From a virus (lineage: Duplodnaviria > Caudoviricetes), in IMG/VR virus record IMGVR_UViG_3300021408_000173, positions 1-40,297 of that record: a DNA stretch of 40,297 bases; one strand, written 5' to 3'. A program made the translations under genes and the position numbers. The notes under the pieces are model-generated. The model had not been told where the DNA came from. It did no database searches and was given only the letters and a program-made list of their open reading frames with translations. Positions 8,916-18,149 of the stretch are shown here, one piece after another (position 1 is the stretch's first letter; every line of letters starts with the position of its first letter).

Positions 8916-10070
8916 ATGAACCTCCTGGAAAGCACCATCCGATGGACAGACAACCTAAAGCGGGTCGTGCAGGACTACCCTTCCTGCGTGCGTTCCTCGA
9001 ACTGGAAAGAGATTGTGCGGCTGGCCAACTCGGGGCAGCTCGAGGCCGCAAAGACGCTGGCCGTCAAGGGCGAGGTCAACCCCGACGTGTACCGGCGCAA
9101 CGTGATGGCGCGGCGCATGCGGATCGAGCGCGTCGCCCTGTTCCAGAGGATCATGCGGGGCGAGCAGGCGCTGCGCGGCATACTCGGGCTGTTCACGGAG
9201 AAGGTCACGGGCGCCGTGCACGACAAGGCGCACTCGCCGAGCAACGCCAAGAGGCTCTACGAGGTACTCCACACCGAGTCCGTCTACATGCGGCAGTCGA
9301 TGCGCGTCTGGTTCAACGCCCTCATAAGGGACAGCGCGCGCATGGGCTTCAAGCACGCGGGCGAGGCCGTCACGGCGATGGTGAAGCCGGCGCACGAGGC
9401 CTGGAGGGACAAGAGCCCGATCATATTTAAGTGCCTCATGAAGAACGTTGACCAGGAAGCCGTATGGCTCGCTGAGAAACTATTATTTGAGGCCAAGCTA
9501 TCGTACAGCCTGAACGTGGGGCTGACCAAGGGCGCGAAGGCCAAGTACAAGGCGAACGTGGCGGCGGACAGGACGGCCAAGATATACACGGCTATCACCA
9601 AGAACAACATGGAGGGATTAAAACCTTCTGACAAGATCTGGGACCTCACCACGCAGGCCGAGAAGGACCTCAAGAGCATCATCGCGAACGGCATAGGCAA
9701 CGGCGACAACCCCGCCGTCATCGCCAGGAAGATCCAGAAGTACGTCGCTCCTGGCAAGGCGTCGGACCTGGGCGTGTCGGCCGCGCGCGGGCTCTACCGC
9801 TCCCCCTACAGGAACGCGATGCGCCTGGCCCGCACTGAGATGAACAGGACGTACGCCAAGGCCACCGCGCAGTTCGGCAAGGACAAGGCCTGGATCAAGG
9901 GGATGATGATAACGCTCTCCCCGCAGCACGACGAGGACGACCTGTGCAACTCGTACGCCGGCCAGGTCGTGTCCTCCGACAAATTTGCAGAGCTCGTGCC
10001 GTTCCACCCGCATTGCATGTGCTACGGCACCTACGTGATCGACCCCAAGTACCTTGGAGAAGAGGAATAA
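8916..10070 (+). CDS. Minor head morphogenesis protein (Mu gpF / SPP1 gp7-like)
   Basis: NAMRLARTEMNR and C...PFHPHCMC motifs. Confidence 0.85.
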   Translation: MNLLESTIRWTDNLKRVVQDYPSCVRSSNWKEIVRLANSGQLEAAKTLAVKGEVNPDVYRRNVMARRMRIERVALFQRIMRGEQALRGILGLFTEKVTGAVHDKAHSPSNAKRLYEVLHTESVYMRQSMRVWFNALIRDSARMGFKHAGEAVTAMVKPAHEAWRDKSPIIFKCLMKNVDQEAVWLAEKLLFEAKLSYSLNVGLTKGAKAKYKANVAADRTAKIYTAITKNNMEGLKPSDKIWDLTTQAEKDLKSIIANGIGNGDNPAVIARKIQKYVAPGKASDLGVSAARGLYRSPYRNAMRLARTEMNRTYAKATAQFGKDKAWIKGMMITLSPQHDEDDLCNSYAGQVVSSDKFAELVPFHPHCMCYGTYVIDPKYLGEEE

Positions 10071-10071
10071 G

Positions 10072-10311
10072 ATGGAACAGAACGCGCAGTGCATTTGTAA
10101 TAAGAAGGAGCACAACCACTCGCACCACGTGTGGGGTGGGCTGCCGCACCACCACGGCGAGAACAAGCAGGGCCAGAAGAAGGCCTGTTCCGCGCTTCAC
10201 TGGTACTGCTACGTGCCCGAGTGCAACTGCGGCGGCAACCCGAACGCGAACATGAATTTGGTGAACAAGGTCATAAGAGAGTCCCGCGGCAGAAAAGCCG
10301 TCGCCGCATAG
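10072..10311 (+). CDS. Small Cys/His-rich protein
   Basis: GAGGA RBS; CICNKKEHNHSHH...HHH...C..CNC. Confidence 0.6.
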   Translation: MEQNAQCICNKKEHNHSHHVWGGLPHHHGENKQGQKKACSALHWYCYVPECNCGGNPNANMNLVNKVIRESRGRKAVAA

Positions 10312-10319
10312 GAGGGTAC

Positions 10320-11267
10320 ATGAAGAACCGTCAGATAGACATGGAGACCGACCTCGCCGAGGCGATGAGCGGGTCCAAGATAAACGCGGAGAAGGGCATC
10401 ATCGAGGGCGTGCTCATCCTGACCGGCGACAAGGTCTCGAAGAACAAGACCATGTACGGGAAGAAGGTGCTGCAGGAGGCCGTGACCCGGTACGAGGGCG
10501 CCAAGATGTACCTTGACCACCCCAAGGCGGGCGAGACAGTCCGCTCGGTGAGAGATTTCGGAGGGACGTACCGGAATGTGAGGATCGAGGAGGGCCGCTA
10601 CCTGCGCGCCGACCTGCACCTCATAAACAAGGAAGATGTGCGCAGCACGGTCATCCCGATCGCAGAGTCGAAGCCGGCCGGCGTGGGACTGTCCATCCGC
10701 GATAAAGGTCATGGACGCGAAGAGAACGGGGTCTTCCTCGTCGAAGGATTCGCGGGCAAGGGACCGTTCTCGGTTGATCTAGTGATGGAAGCGTCGGTCA
10801 ACGAGACGCTGTACGAATCAAACCAAGGAGGAGACGACGACATGGATAAGAAAGAGTTGATGAAGTCCTTGACTGTCGACGAACTCCAGGAGGGCGCGCC
10901 AGCTCTCGTCGATGCGATCAAATCGACCGAGCGAACCGCCGTTCTGAAAGAGTTCGAAGAACAGATCAAGGCAGGACAGGAAGCACCGAAGCTACAGGCG
11001 AAGACCAGGAAGATGTTGATCCTGGCCGAGTCTGGCCTTCCCAAGGAAGTACTTGAGCGGATCAAGCCCGTCATCGAAGGGGATTTAACATCTCCTGAAG
11101 GTGCCGAGGCCATCGTGAAGGCTCAGAAGGAAATCTTGGAGAAGTACACGCCGAAGCTAACCCCCGGGGAACCCGTGGTTCGTGGTAACGGCGCCGCACG
11201 AGAAGAGCAAATCAGCGAAGGCGCAATTCCCTCACCGGAAGAGCTCGCCGAAGCGCTGCAAAGTTAA
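10320..11267 (+). CDS. Prohead protease / scaffold fusion
   Basis: SKN..Y, YLDHP, GLSI, SVDLV protease-like motifs followed by a helical acidic tail; GGAGG RBS. Confidence 0.8.
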   Translation: MKNRQIDMETDLAEAMSGSKINAEKGIIEGVLILTGDKVSKNKTMYGKKVLQEAVTRYEGAKMYLDHPKAGETVRSVRDFGGTYRNVRIEEGRYLRADLHLINKEDVRSTVIPIAESKPAGVGLSIRDKGHGREENGVFLVEGFAGKGPFSVDLVMEASVNETLYESNQGGDDDMDKKELMKSLTVDELQEGAPALVDAIKSTERTAVLKEFEEQIKAGQEAPKLQAKTRKMLILAESGLPKEVLERIKPVIEGDLTSPEGAEAIVKAQKEILEKYTPKLTPGEPVVRGNGAAREEQISEGAIPSPEELAEALQS

Positions 11268-11281
11268 GGGAGGAATAGAAA

Positions 11282-11725
11282 ATGAGTGACTTCACCGGCT
11301 ACAGACTCAGAGGGGAAGAGCTTATCTGTTCCATGCCCATCGCTTCCGGCAGTGTCGTCGAAGTAGGCGACATGTTGAAGCTTTCGGGCGGGAACGTTGA
11401 GCGCATGGGCGCGACGACCGACAACCTGGTGTTCATCGGGGTTGCGGTGGAAGCGCACGCAGCGACGGACAGCGCAGACCGCATCGGGGTCGCGCTCCGC
11501 AATGCCCAAGTGCAGTACAAGTATCCGCTTGAGGCAGCCACAACGGTCGCCATCGGCGACTTGCTCCAGGCCAACACGACCAGCCCGCACAACACTCTGA
11601 CGAAGAGTGCGACGGACGCGATCGCGATGGCCGTCAAAGAAGGGACAAGCATCACGGCAGTCGAAGTGGTGTTCTTGCTCCCAGCGCAGACCGGAGCTAT
11701 CCGGCTCGTCGGCGACGCATCATAA
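11282..11725 (+). CDS. Capsid decoration/cement protein
   Basis: Between protease and MCP; VGD.L, FIGVA.E, IAMAV beta-rich pattern. Confidence 0.7.
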   Translation: MSDFTGYRLRGEELICSMPIASGSVVEVGDMLKLSGGNVERMGATTDNLVFIGVAVEAHAATDSADRIGVALRNAQVQYKYPLEAATTVAIGDLLQANTTSPHNTLTKSATDAIAMAVKEGTSITAVEVVFLLPAQTGAIRLVGDAS

Positions 11726-11743
11726 GGGGGAGAATAAACTACC

Positions 11744-12823
11744 ATGAGAAACATCATCCAATTGGTGGAGGCGTACGAGAAAAAGTTCGCCCCTGCTGGC
11801 ACCCCGCGCGAGCTTCGCGTGGCGCACCGAGAAATCGGGAAAGAGATCAGCAAGCTGCTGACCGAAGGAAAGCTTGACGCAACCAAGGTGTCGTTCCGGC
11901 ACCTGTGGGAAAGCCTAGTCGTATCGCAGGACCTGGAGGAGAACCTGACCTCCAGCGCGTTCCCGAACATCTCCGGGCAGATCATCTCGAAAGTCATGAT
12001 CGACGCCTACGAGGCGTTCCCCAAGGAAGCGGACAAACTGATGCGCACCGTGCCTTCGAAGCTGAAGACCAGCCGCGTCGTCGGATGGACCGCCCTCGGG
12101 ACCGTCGAACGGGTGCAGGAACGTCAGGACTATCCTGAGCTCCAGCCGCCAGACGAGAAGCTGCAGACCATCAAGAACTACAAGTACGGCGGAATCTTGT
12201 CGCTGACCAAGGAAGACATCTTCTTTGACCAGACGGGCGAGCTTGTGGAACGCGCCAAGCAGATCGGCGAAGAAGGAGCTCGCTACCGCCAGGAGCTCAT
12301 GTTCGCCGCCCTCTGCGACAACGGTGGCAACTCCCTGTCCGGCGCGGACTTGTACGCGTCAGGCAATTCAAACCTCCTGACCACCAACCCGCTGGGCACC
12401 GCGGGATGGGAAGCAGTGCGTAAGGCGTTGTTCGGCAAGAAGGACGAACGCAACAAGCCCATCTGGGTCTTCGGGGATCGACCGACTATGATCGTCCCTC
12501 CCGCGCTAGTCAGCACGGCGGAGAAGCTCCAGAAGAACGAGTACGGCGATTTGGGGACAGCAAACCTCGACGTCAACCTCGCGCGCGGCGTCTTCGACAT
12601 CGTGGTCAATCCCTACTGGACCGCGAACGAGACCAGCTGGTGGTACGGGGCGTTCAAACGCCAGTTCCGCTGGGAAGAAGTCTGGCCCGTCGAAGTGTTC
12701 ATGCGCGTCGGCGAGGACACAGAAGAAGGCTTCAAAGCGGACGTCATCCAGCAGCACAAGTGCAGCTTCTACGGCGGCGCGGGTGCGGCTGACACGAAGT
12801 TCGTGTACGAGAACCAGGCCTAA
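11744..12823 (+). CDS. Major capsid protein (HK97 fold, Mu gpT-like)
   Basis: 359 aa; KYGGILSLTKE...DD-like, MIVPPAL, VVNPY motifs; position in operon. Confidence 0.88.
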   Translation: MRNIIQLVEAYEKKFAPAGTPRELRVAHREIGKEISKLLTEGKLDATKVSFRHLWESLVVSQDLEENLTSSAFPNISGQIISKVMIDAYEAFPKEADKLMRTVPSKLKTSRVVGWTALGTVERVQERQDYPELQPPDEKLQTIKNYKYGGILSLTKEDIFFDQTGELVERAKQIGEEGARYRQELMFAALCDNGGNSLSGADLYASGNSNLLTTNPLGTAGWEAVRKALFGKKDERNKPIWVFGDRPTMIVPPALVSTAEKLQKNEYGDLGTANLDVNLARGVFDIVVNPYWTANETSWWYGAFKRQFRWEEVWPVEVFMRVGEDTEEGFKADVIQQHKCSFYGGAGAADTKFVYENQA

Positions 12824-12838
12824 ACAAGGAGGAAGCAA

Positions 12839-13189
12839 ATGGGTAAAACCATGAAGGTATCATTGCTCGCCCTCCTTGCCGCGTTCGTTCTGGGTGGGTC
12901 GGCGCACGCCGCATCCACAAAGTTCACGAACGTGACGGTGACCGGAACACTGACGACGGCGACGTCGGCGGTGACCGGGAACCAGACGGTAACTGGAAAC
13001 CAGACGGTGACGGGGGTCATCACGACCTCGGCATCTACGCCTTACTCGATAAGCATCTCGAGCAAGACGGCGGCGATCCCTGCGGGCACACCGTCCGCGG
13101 CGGGCCTCATCGCGTTCGACTCGACCTACGTTATGTACGTGTCGACGGGCACTGGTCCTGGAGCTTGGGTAAAGGTTGGCGGGCAGTAA
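12839..13189 (+). CDS. Thr/Gly-rich beta-repeat protein with N-terminal signal peptide (head fibre-like)
   Basis: MKVSLLALLAAFVLGGSAHA; VTGNQT repeats; YVSTG..AWVKVG terminus. Confidence 0.7.
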   Translation: MGKTMKVSLLALLAAFVLGGSAHAASTKFTNVTVTGTLTTATSAVTGNQTVTGNQTVTGVITTSASTPYSISISSKTAAIPAGTPSAAGLIAFDSTYVMYVSTGTGPGAWVKVGGQ

Positions 13190-13203
13190 CTATAAAGCGG
13201 AGC

Positions 13204-13236
13204 GTCGAGGGGGTGCTCGTGGCGGGCCCCCTCGGC
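13204..13236 (+). terminator. GC-rich stem-loop (terminator/attenuator or RNA-stabilising hairpin)
   Basis: GTCGAGGGGG...CCCCCTCGGC intergenic stem; no U-tract. Confidence 0.5.
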
Positions 13237-13259
13237 CAACTTCGTCTAAGGGAGACACG

Positions 13260-13703
13260 ATGAAAAAACTACTGATTTCTTTACTGCTCCTGGCCGGCAT
13301 AGCCGGGGTATCAAGCGCCGTCGACACTGTGGCAACGTCCACGCCGTCGGCTAACGGGCCGTACAAGTTCATCTTCAGCGACGCGTCGGACTCGACGGGC
13401 GAGACGGCCGTGCAGAAGGTGGACATCTCGACGCTGAACGGGACGCCGACCAAGGTGCGCATCACGAAGATGAAGTGGTCCGTAGTGGGGATGAACGTGC
13501 ACGTCCTGTTCGACCACACCACGGACGACCGCGTGGCCATCCTCTCCGGCGACGGAGAGATGACCGAGGACATGGGGCCGATCATGGACCCGGGCTCCTC
13601 AGGGGGCACGGGCGACGTCTTGTTCACCTCTCAAGTAGTCACGAGCACGGCGACCGTGCGGCCGGGCTACACGGTGTTCATGGAACTCAAGAAGGTCCAA
13701 TAA
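13260..13703 (+). CDS. Beta-sandwich protein with signal peptide
   Basis: GGGAG RBS, MKKLLISLLLLAGIAGVSSA. Confidence 0.75.
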   Translation: MKKLLISLLLLAGIAGVSSAVDTVATSTPSANGPYKFIFSDASDSTGETAVQKVDISTLNGTPTKVRITKMKWSVVGMNVHVLFDHTTDDRVAILSGDGEMTEDMGPIMDPGSSGGTGDVLFTSQVVTSTATVRPGYTVFMELKKVQ

Positions 13704-13704
13704 C

Positions 13705-13968
13705 ATGCCGCTGACCCAGGCAGTACTAGAGGCGCAGCTCACCGCGATACAGGCCGCGATCACGACGGCGCTGGCCAACCCCGCGCCCAACTGGTCGGTG
13801 GGCCAGGTCAAGTTCAACCAGACCGAGTACCTCGAGTTCCTCTACAAGCAGCAGGACGCCTTGATCGAGCAGCTCCGGGCGATACCGTCCGAGGTCATCA
13901 CGGTGGCGCAGAACGGCGTGGGCCCGCTGGGACACGACGTCACAGAGTACACGGACGAGGACCAATAG
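13705..13968 (+). CDS. Head-tail adaptor (gpW-like)
   Basis: Helix / beta-hairpin (WSVGQVKF) / helix pattern; position. Confidence 0.6.
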   Translation: MPLTQAVLEAQLTAIQAAITTALANPAPNWSVGQVKFNQTEYLEFLYKQQDALIEQLRAIPSEVITVAQNGVGPLGHDVTEYTDEDQ

Positions 13969-13971
13969 GCC

Positions 13972-14349
13972 ATGCCACCTCCCCTCGCAGCCATGCGCGC
14001 GCAGGCGAAGTCCGTCATAGAGGACTGGGGGGTGTCGTGCGACGTGACCAGGTTCACGCCGACGACGGACACGTCGGGCCGCAAGACGGGGACGTTCGTG
14101 AACATCACGCCGAGCGGGGGGACGGACCCCATCATCTGGATCCAGCCCATCGCGGGCAACTCGGACGTGCGAGACCAGGGGCTGAACGCTGAGACGACGC
14201 ACCTCGCGTTCCAGAAGTGGAGCGGATCTTCACTGGAGCCCAAGGATAGAATTGATCCTCCTGGCACGAACTACGTGTACGACGTCATCGCGGCGCACGT
14301 GCTGGAGAGCCACAGGATGGCCGAGCTGAAGCAGGTCAGGAGAGTCTAA
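13972..14349 (+). CDS. Head closure protein
   Basis: Position; WIQP, KDRI...YVYDV pattern. Confidence 0.65.
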   Translation: MPPPLAAMRAQAKSVIEDWGVSCDVTRFTPTTDTSGRKTGTFVNITPSGGTDPIIWIQPIAGNSDVRDQGLNAETTHLAFQKWSGSSLEPKDRIDPPGTNYVYDVIAAHVLESHRMAELKQVRRV

Positions 14350-14705
14350 TGGAGATCAGGGGAGTCGAGCAGGTGGTGCACAACCTGTCCACCTATACCA
14401 AGAGCATGGTGGCCGAGATCGTCGCCGGCTGCGAGGTCGTGCAGGCGAAGGTCGTGAACGACGCCGTCGCGCTCGCGCCCGAGGACACGGGCAACCTGAA
14501 GAGGAACATACAGGCGGGCGACATCATCGTCGAGGACGACAACATCTCGGCGATCATAGAGTCCAACGCGGAGTACGCGAGCTACGTGGAGCTCGGCACC
14601 AAATTTCAGAAGGCCCAGCCGCACCTTCTACCAGCTTTGATAGGCAACATGCGGACGTTCGAGAAGGCCATGGCGGCCGCCGGAAAAAGGGCGAGGGCAA
14701 AGTGA
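14349..14705 (+). CDS. HK97 gp10-like tail-completion protein
   Basis: APEDTGNLKRNI, EYASYVELGT, AQPHLLPA. Confidence 0.9.
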   Translation: MEIRGVEQVVHNLSTYTKSMVAEIVAGCEVVQAKVVNDAVALAPEDTGNLKRNIQAGDIIVEDDNISAIIESNAEYASYVELGTKFQKAQPHLLPALIGNMRTFEKAMAAAGKRARAK

Positions 14706-15154
14706 AGGAAGTAGAGACGCTCGTGTTCCAAAGGATGAAGAACGACACGGTCACAGGAGGGATTAGAAACCTCCTGGGTGAGGTCGTCCCCATGACCGGG
14801 GACCCCGCCCGCATCCTCCACGCATACCAGGTGTCGGTCCCGCCGAGCCCCGGCGTCATGTTCAGCATCGTCTCGTCGGTCGCCGGGCAGGTGCCGGCGC
14901 TGACCAGGGAAGTTTTCGTGCAGTTCAGCATCTTCGCGTCCAACCACGCGGAGATAGCTCGGCGGCTGGTCCGCCTGTTCGACAGGTGGCAGCACGATCT
15001 GTCCCTCATATCGGGCGGAGCTCAAGAGGTGGGTAGTGTCTCGTCGGTGTTCGATTTCGAGGGGCCTGACGGGTTTGACGAGTCGCTCGAAGTACAGAAG
15101 AAGGACCTGCGCTTCAGGTTCTTTGTCGTTCCAAAGGCGCAGGCTCCAATCTAG
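14702..15154 (+). CDS. Tail terminator protein
   Basis: Position between gp10-like gene and tail tube; VQFSIF strand. Confidence 0.6.
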   Translation: MKEVETLVFQRMKNDTVTGGIRNLLGEVVPMTGDPARILHAYQVSVPPSPGVMFSIVSSVAGQVPALTREVFVQFSIFASNHAEIARRLVRLFDRWQHDLSLISGGAQEVGSVSSVFDFEGPDGFDESLEVQKKDLRFRFFVVPKAQAPI

Positions 15155-15167
15155 GGAGGATTAAAAC

Positions 15168-15959
15168 ATGTCTGGAAACAACCAAAACGCGTACGCCGAA
15201 TCCAAGAGGATGATCCTCGGGGTCGGGGACCTGTACGTGGACGACGTGTTCGTCGGCAACCTCAAGGGCTCGGTAACCCTCAAGGTGGCACGCGAATACG
15301 CCTATCAGCGGGCAGGCAACAACGTCGCCGACCAAAAAGGCGAGGTCACAAGCGAGGAAGCGACGATCGAGGCGGAAGTGTGCGACCTTAAGGTACAGCA
15401 GCTGCGCATTGCCTTGGGCGTCGTGCAGGCCGTCGACATCGCGACAGCGAAGATCATAAGGAAGCGGGAGGTCATTCTCCTGACCGCGGCGGGCGGAGCC
15501 GGGACGGTCCTGGGCGAAACACCCCTGGACACGGCGGCATCCCTCATCAAGGTGAGCAGCCTGGACCGGAAGACCTCATACATCTCCGGGACGGACTACA
15601 AGGTATCTGGCAGCACCAACTTCGAAGTGCTGTCCGGCGGCGCGCTCGCGTCCGGCGGAATGTACGTCGCGGTTGAGTACGACTTCTCCGACGCGGGCGC
15701 GTACAGCCTTGCGATGGGCGGCGAGACGAAGCCACCGCCGACGTTCCGCATGGACTACGTCATCCGCGACAGCTCGGGCAAGGCGTGGCAGATCACCTTC
15801 TTCAAGGCGATGACCACGACCGACTTCGAGATGGCGTTCAACGACAGGGAATCCGGCGACTTCACGGTGCACAACGTGATGTTCAAGGCGCTCGTCGACA
15901 CGACCAGGCCCGAAGGCGCGAACATGCTTGAGTTCGTGCAGGAAGACGCGATCAGCTAA
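15168..15959 (+). CDS. Major tail tube protein
   Basis: ILGVGDLY...GNLKGSV start, F.AL.D end; central inserted domain. Confidence 0.8.
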   Translation: MSGNNQNAYAESKRMILGVGDLYVDDVFVGNLKGSVTLKVAREYAYQRAGNNVADQKGEVTSEEATIEAEVCDLKVQQLRIALGVVQAVDIATAKIIRKREVILLTAAGGAGTVLGETPLDTAASLIKVSSLDRKTSYISGTDYKVSGSTNFEVLSGGALASGGMYVAVEYDFSDAGAYSLAMGGETKPPPTFRMDYVIRDSSGKAWQITFFKAMTTTDFEMAFNDRESGDFTVHNVMFKALVDTTRPEGANMLEFVQEDAIS

Positions 15960-16021
15960 TTCAATGGGAAGTAGGAACTCAGAACCCGATGAACGGGATA
16001 GAAGAAGGGGGACGAAGAGCC

Positions 16022-17080
16022 ATGAGCCAATCGTCATTCGAAGAGCAGGTAAAGGGCCTAGGGGTAACCGTCAAGTACGGCGCCAGAATAGCGACGCCGG
16101 AGCAGCCGAGGAGGAATCTCTCGCAGATCGGCTCCGAAAAGTGGCTGACCCACTGGGCGAAGCATTCTCACCAGAACTACCATTTAGTCTCGAAGTCGGC
16201 TGGCGTTAGGTTCCTCGCGGGCGCGTGCACGGGGCTGCCGGCCTTCGTGGTCGGCGCGGGCGCCAGCCTGGACCAGGACGTCGAGGCGCTGAAGGACGCC
16301 AAGGACCGCGCCGTCGTCATCGCGGTCGACGCGTCGTACAGGGCGCTAGTCGCCAACGGGATCACGCCGGACGTGGTCATCACGTTCGACTGCAAGCCCG
16401 AGCAGCAGCTCCTGTGGGAGAGCGCGCCGCCCCACGACACGACGATGCTCTTTAACACATGCTCCAGCCCGGAAGCGATCAAGTCGTGGCGCGGGCCCAT
16501 CGCCTTCTACAACCACTTCCACACCTCCGACGAGTTCTCCAAGACCATCCTGCCGGCCGTCTACCCGCACATCGGGCAGATACCGTCGTGCGGCACAGTG
16601 GGCAACATGGCCGTGTTCCTGGCGAAGCTGCTGGGGTGCACGCAGACGATGCTCGTCGGGATGGACCTCTGCTTCGGGTCGGCCGAGAAGCGCAGCGAGA
16701 AGGGCTGGCTGTACCGCGCGCGGGACTACAAGCTGGTCGACGCAGAGGAGATGGCGAGCGGCAAGAAGTGGGTGCGCACCGAGGTCAAGGTCCTCTACGA
16801 CAACGACGACCGCGTCAAGAGGTCCTATAAAGTCTCCTGGAAGGGCAAGGATTTTCAGGTGGACCCAGAGCTGGACTTCTACCACGAGACACTGCTCAGG
16901 TTCATCAAGCACTACAAAATAGAGGCCATCAACTGCTCCGAGAACGGCCGGCTGCAGGCCGACATGCCGAGCATGTCCGTGAGCCAGTGCCTGGAGACGT
17001 TCTGCAAGTCGACGATCCAGGCCGGACGACACGTGCTGCCTTACCTGGGCACGATTCTCAAAGACCCGAGGTCAAAGTGA
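16022..17080 (+). CDS. Maf / DUF115 (MAF_flag10, MptE-like) family protein
   Basis: PAFVVGAGASL, IAVDASY..L...GITPDVVITFD, GTVGN.A..LA..LG...LVGMDLCF, INCSE. Confidence 0.85.
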   Translation: MSQSSFEEQVKGLGVTVKYGARIATPEQPRRNLSQIGSEKWLTHWAKHSHQNYHLVSKSAGVRFLAGACTGLPAFVVGAGASLDQDVEALKDAKDRAVVIAVDASYRALVANGITPDVVITFDCKPEQQLLWESAPPHDTTMLFNTCSSPEAIKSWRGPIAFYNHFHTSDEFSKTILPAVYPHIGQIPSCGTVGNMAVFLAKLLGCTQTMLVGMDLCFGSAEKRSEKGWLYRARDYKLVDAEEMASGKKWVRTEVKVLYDNDDRVKRSYKVSWKGKDFQVDPELDFYHETLLRFIKHYKIEAINCSENGRLQADMPSMSVSQCLETFCKSTIQAGRHVLPYLGTILKDPRSK

Positions 17081-17739
17081 AAGAGTGGCCGCCATACGTT
17101 AAGCCCTTTAGATCCAATCCTCCTGACGGCTCGGTGGCCATCGCCCTGCCGATCAAGGACGACCTGCGCTTCTTCAAGTTCACGTACCACTCGGTGCTGG
17201 CCTTTTCGGACGTGCCCTTCGTACTGACCGTGGTGGACAACATGAGCGGGTTCAAGACCGTGCAGTACCTCGAGTCGGTCCGGCGCAACCACCAGGTCAA
17301 CCTGCTGCAGTACCAGCAGGAGCACAACGTCGCGGCGGAGTGGAACCTGGCGCTGCGCTTCATGTTCTCGTACTCGACGGTGCGGTACGGGGTGTGCCTG
17401 ACGCCGACGGTGGTGCTGGAGCCCTACTGGCTGTCGCAGCTGACGGAGACGATGAGGACGCTGGACGCCGGAATCATTTCTCCTGAGACCCGCAAGGACG
17501 ACCCGCAGCTGCTATCATCCTGCTTCGTGTTCAAGCGCGAGGTGTTCGAGGACGTGGGCGGGTTCGACGAGTCGCGGTGGCAGGGCGACTTCGCCAAGGA
17601 CTTCGCGAGGCGCGCGCAGGAGAAGGGGCACAAGGTCGTCAAGAACCACACGACCTACGTGCACAAGTTTGAGAACAACGGATTTGATAAAGTCCTGCGG
17701 CGGGCAGAACCCGCCCCAGAGAGGGAGGCAGTGCTATGA
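17077..17739 (+). CDS. Glycosyltransferase family 2-like protein
   Basis: IALP, VVDNMS, WNLAL, CFVFKREVFEDVGGFDE, DF..RA...G, YVH; GTG start overlapping the upstream stop. Confidence 0.8.
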   Translation: MKEWPPYVKPFRSNPPDGSVAIALPIKDDLRFFKFTYHSVLAFSDVPFVLTVVDNMSGFKTVQYLESVRRNHQVNLLQYQQEHNVAAEWNLALRFMFSYSTVRYGVCLTPTVVLEPYWLSQLTETMRTLDAGIISPETRKDDPQLLSSCFVFKREVFEDVGGFDESRWQGDFAKDFARRAQEKGHKVVKNHTTYVHKFENNGFDKVLRRAEPAPEREAVL

Positions 17740-18149
17740 GCGAAGTGCTAAAGCCAGGCGACACAAAGACGTTCACCGTAGGCGGCAAGGATCTGGTGGT
17801 GGAGCCCGTCAGCTACGGCAACCTGAAGAAGATCATAAAGATTATATCGAGGGCGGCGGAGAGCGCGTCGGGCGACAACGTCCTGAAGATCGCTGACCTG
17901 TTCGGGACCTACGTGGACGAGTTCGTCCCGCTCCTGTTCAGCAAGTCGAAGCACCCATGGCTGGACACCGCGTGGGTTGACGACAACCTGACCGTGCCCA
18001 TCATGAAGGAGATCGTCGAGGCGGCGATCGCGGTGAACGGGGTGAAGGATTTTTTAGCGAAGAGGGGTCCGACGCCGGAAGCAAAGACGCCAAGCCCGAC
18101 CCCAGCGACCCCACTGGAGAGTACTTCCTCTACCACACCTTCGGCCTAG
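17736..18149 (+). CDS. Tail assembly chaperone (G)
   Basis: Upstream of the tape measure; slippery T TTT TTA at 18050-18056. Confidence 0.8.
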   Translation: MSEVLKPGDTKTFTVGGKDLVVEPVSYGNLKKIIKIISRAAESASGDNVLKIADLFGTYVDEFVPLLFSKSKHPWLDTAWVDDNLTVPIMKEIVEAAIAVNGVKDFLAKRGPTPEAKTPSPTPATPLESTSSTTPSA

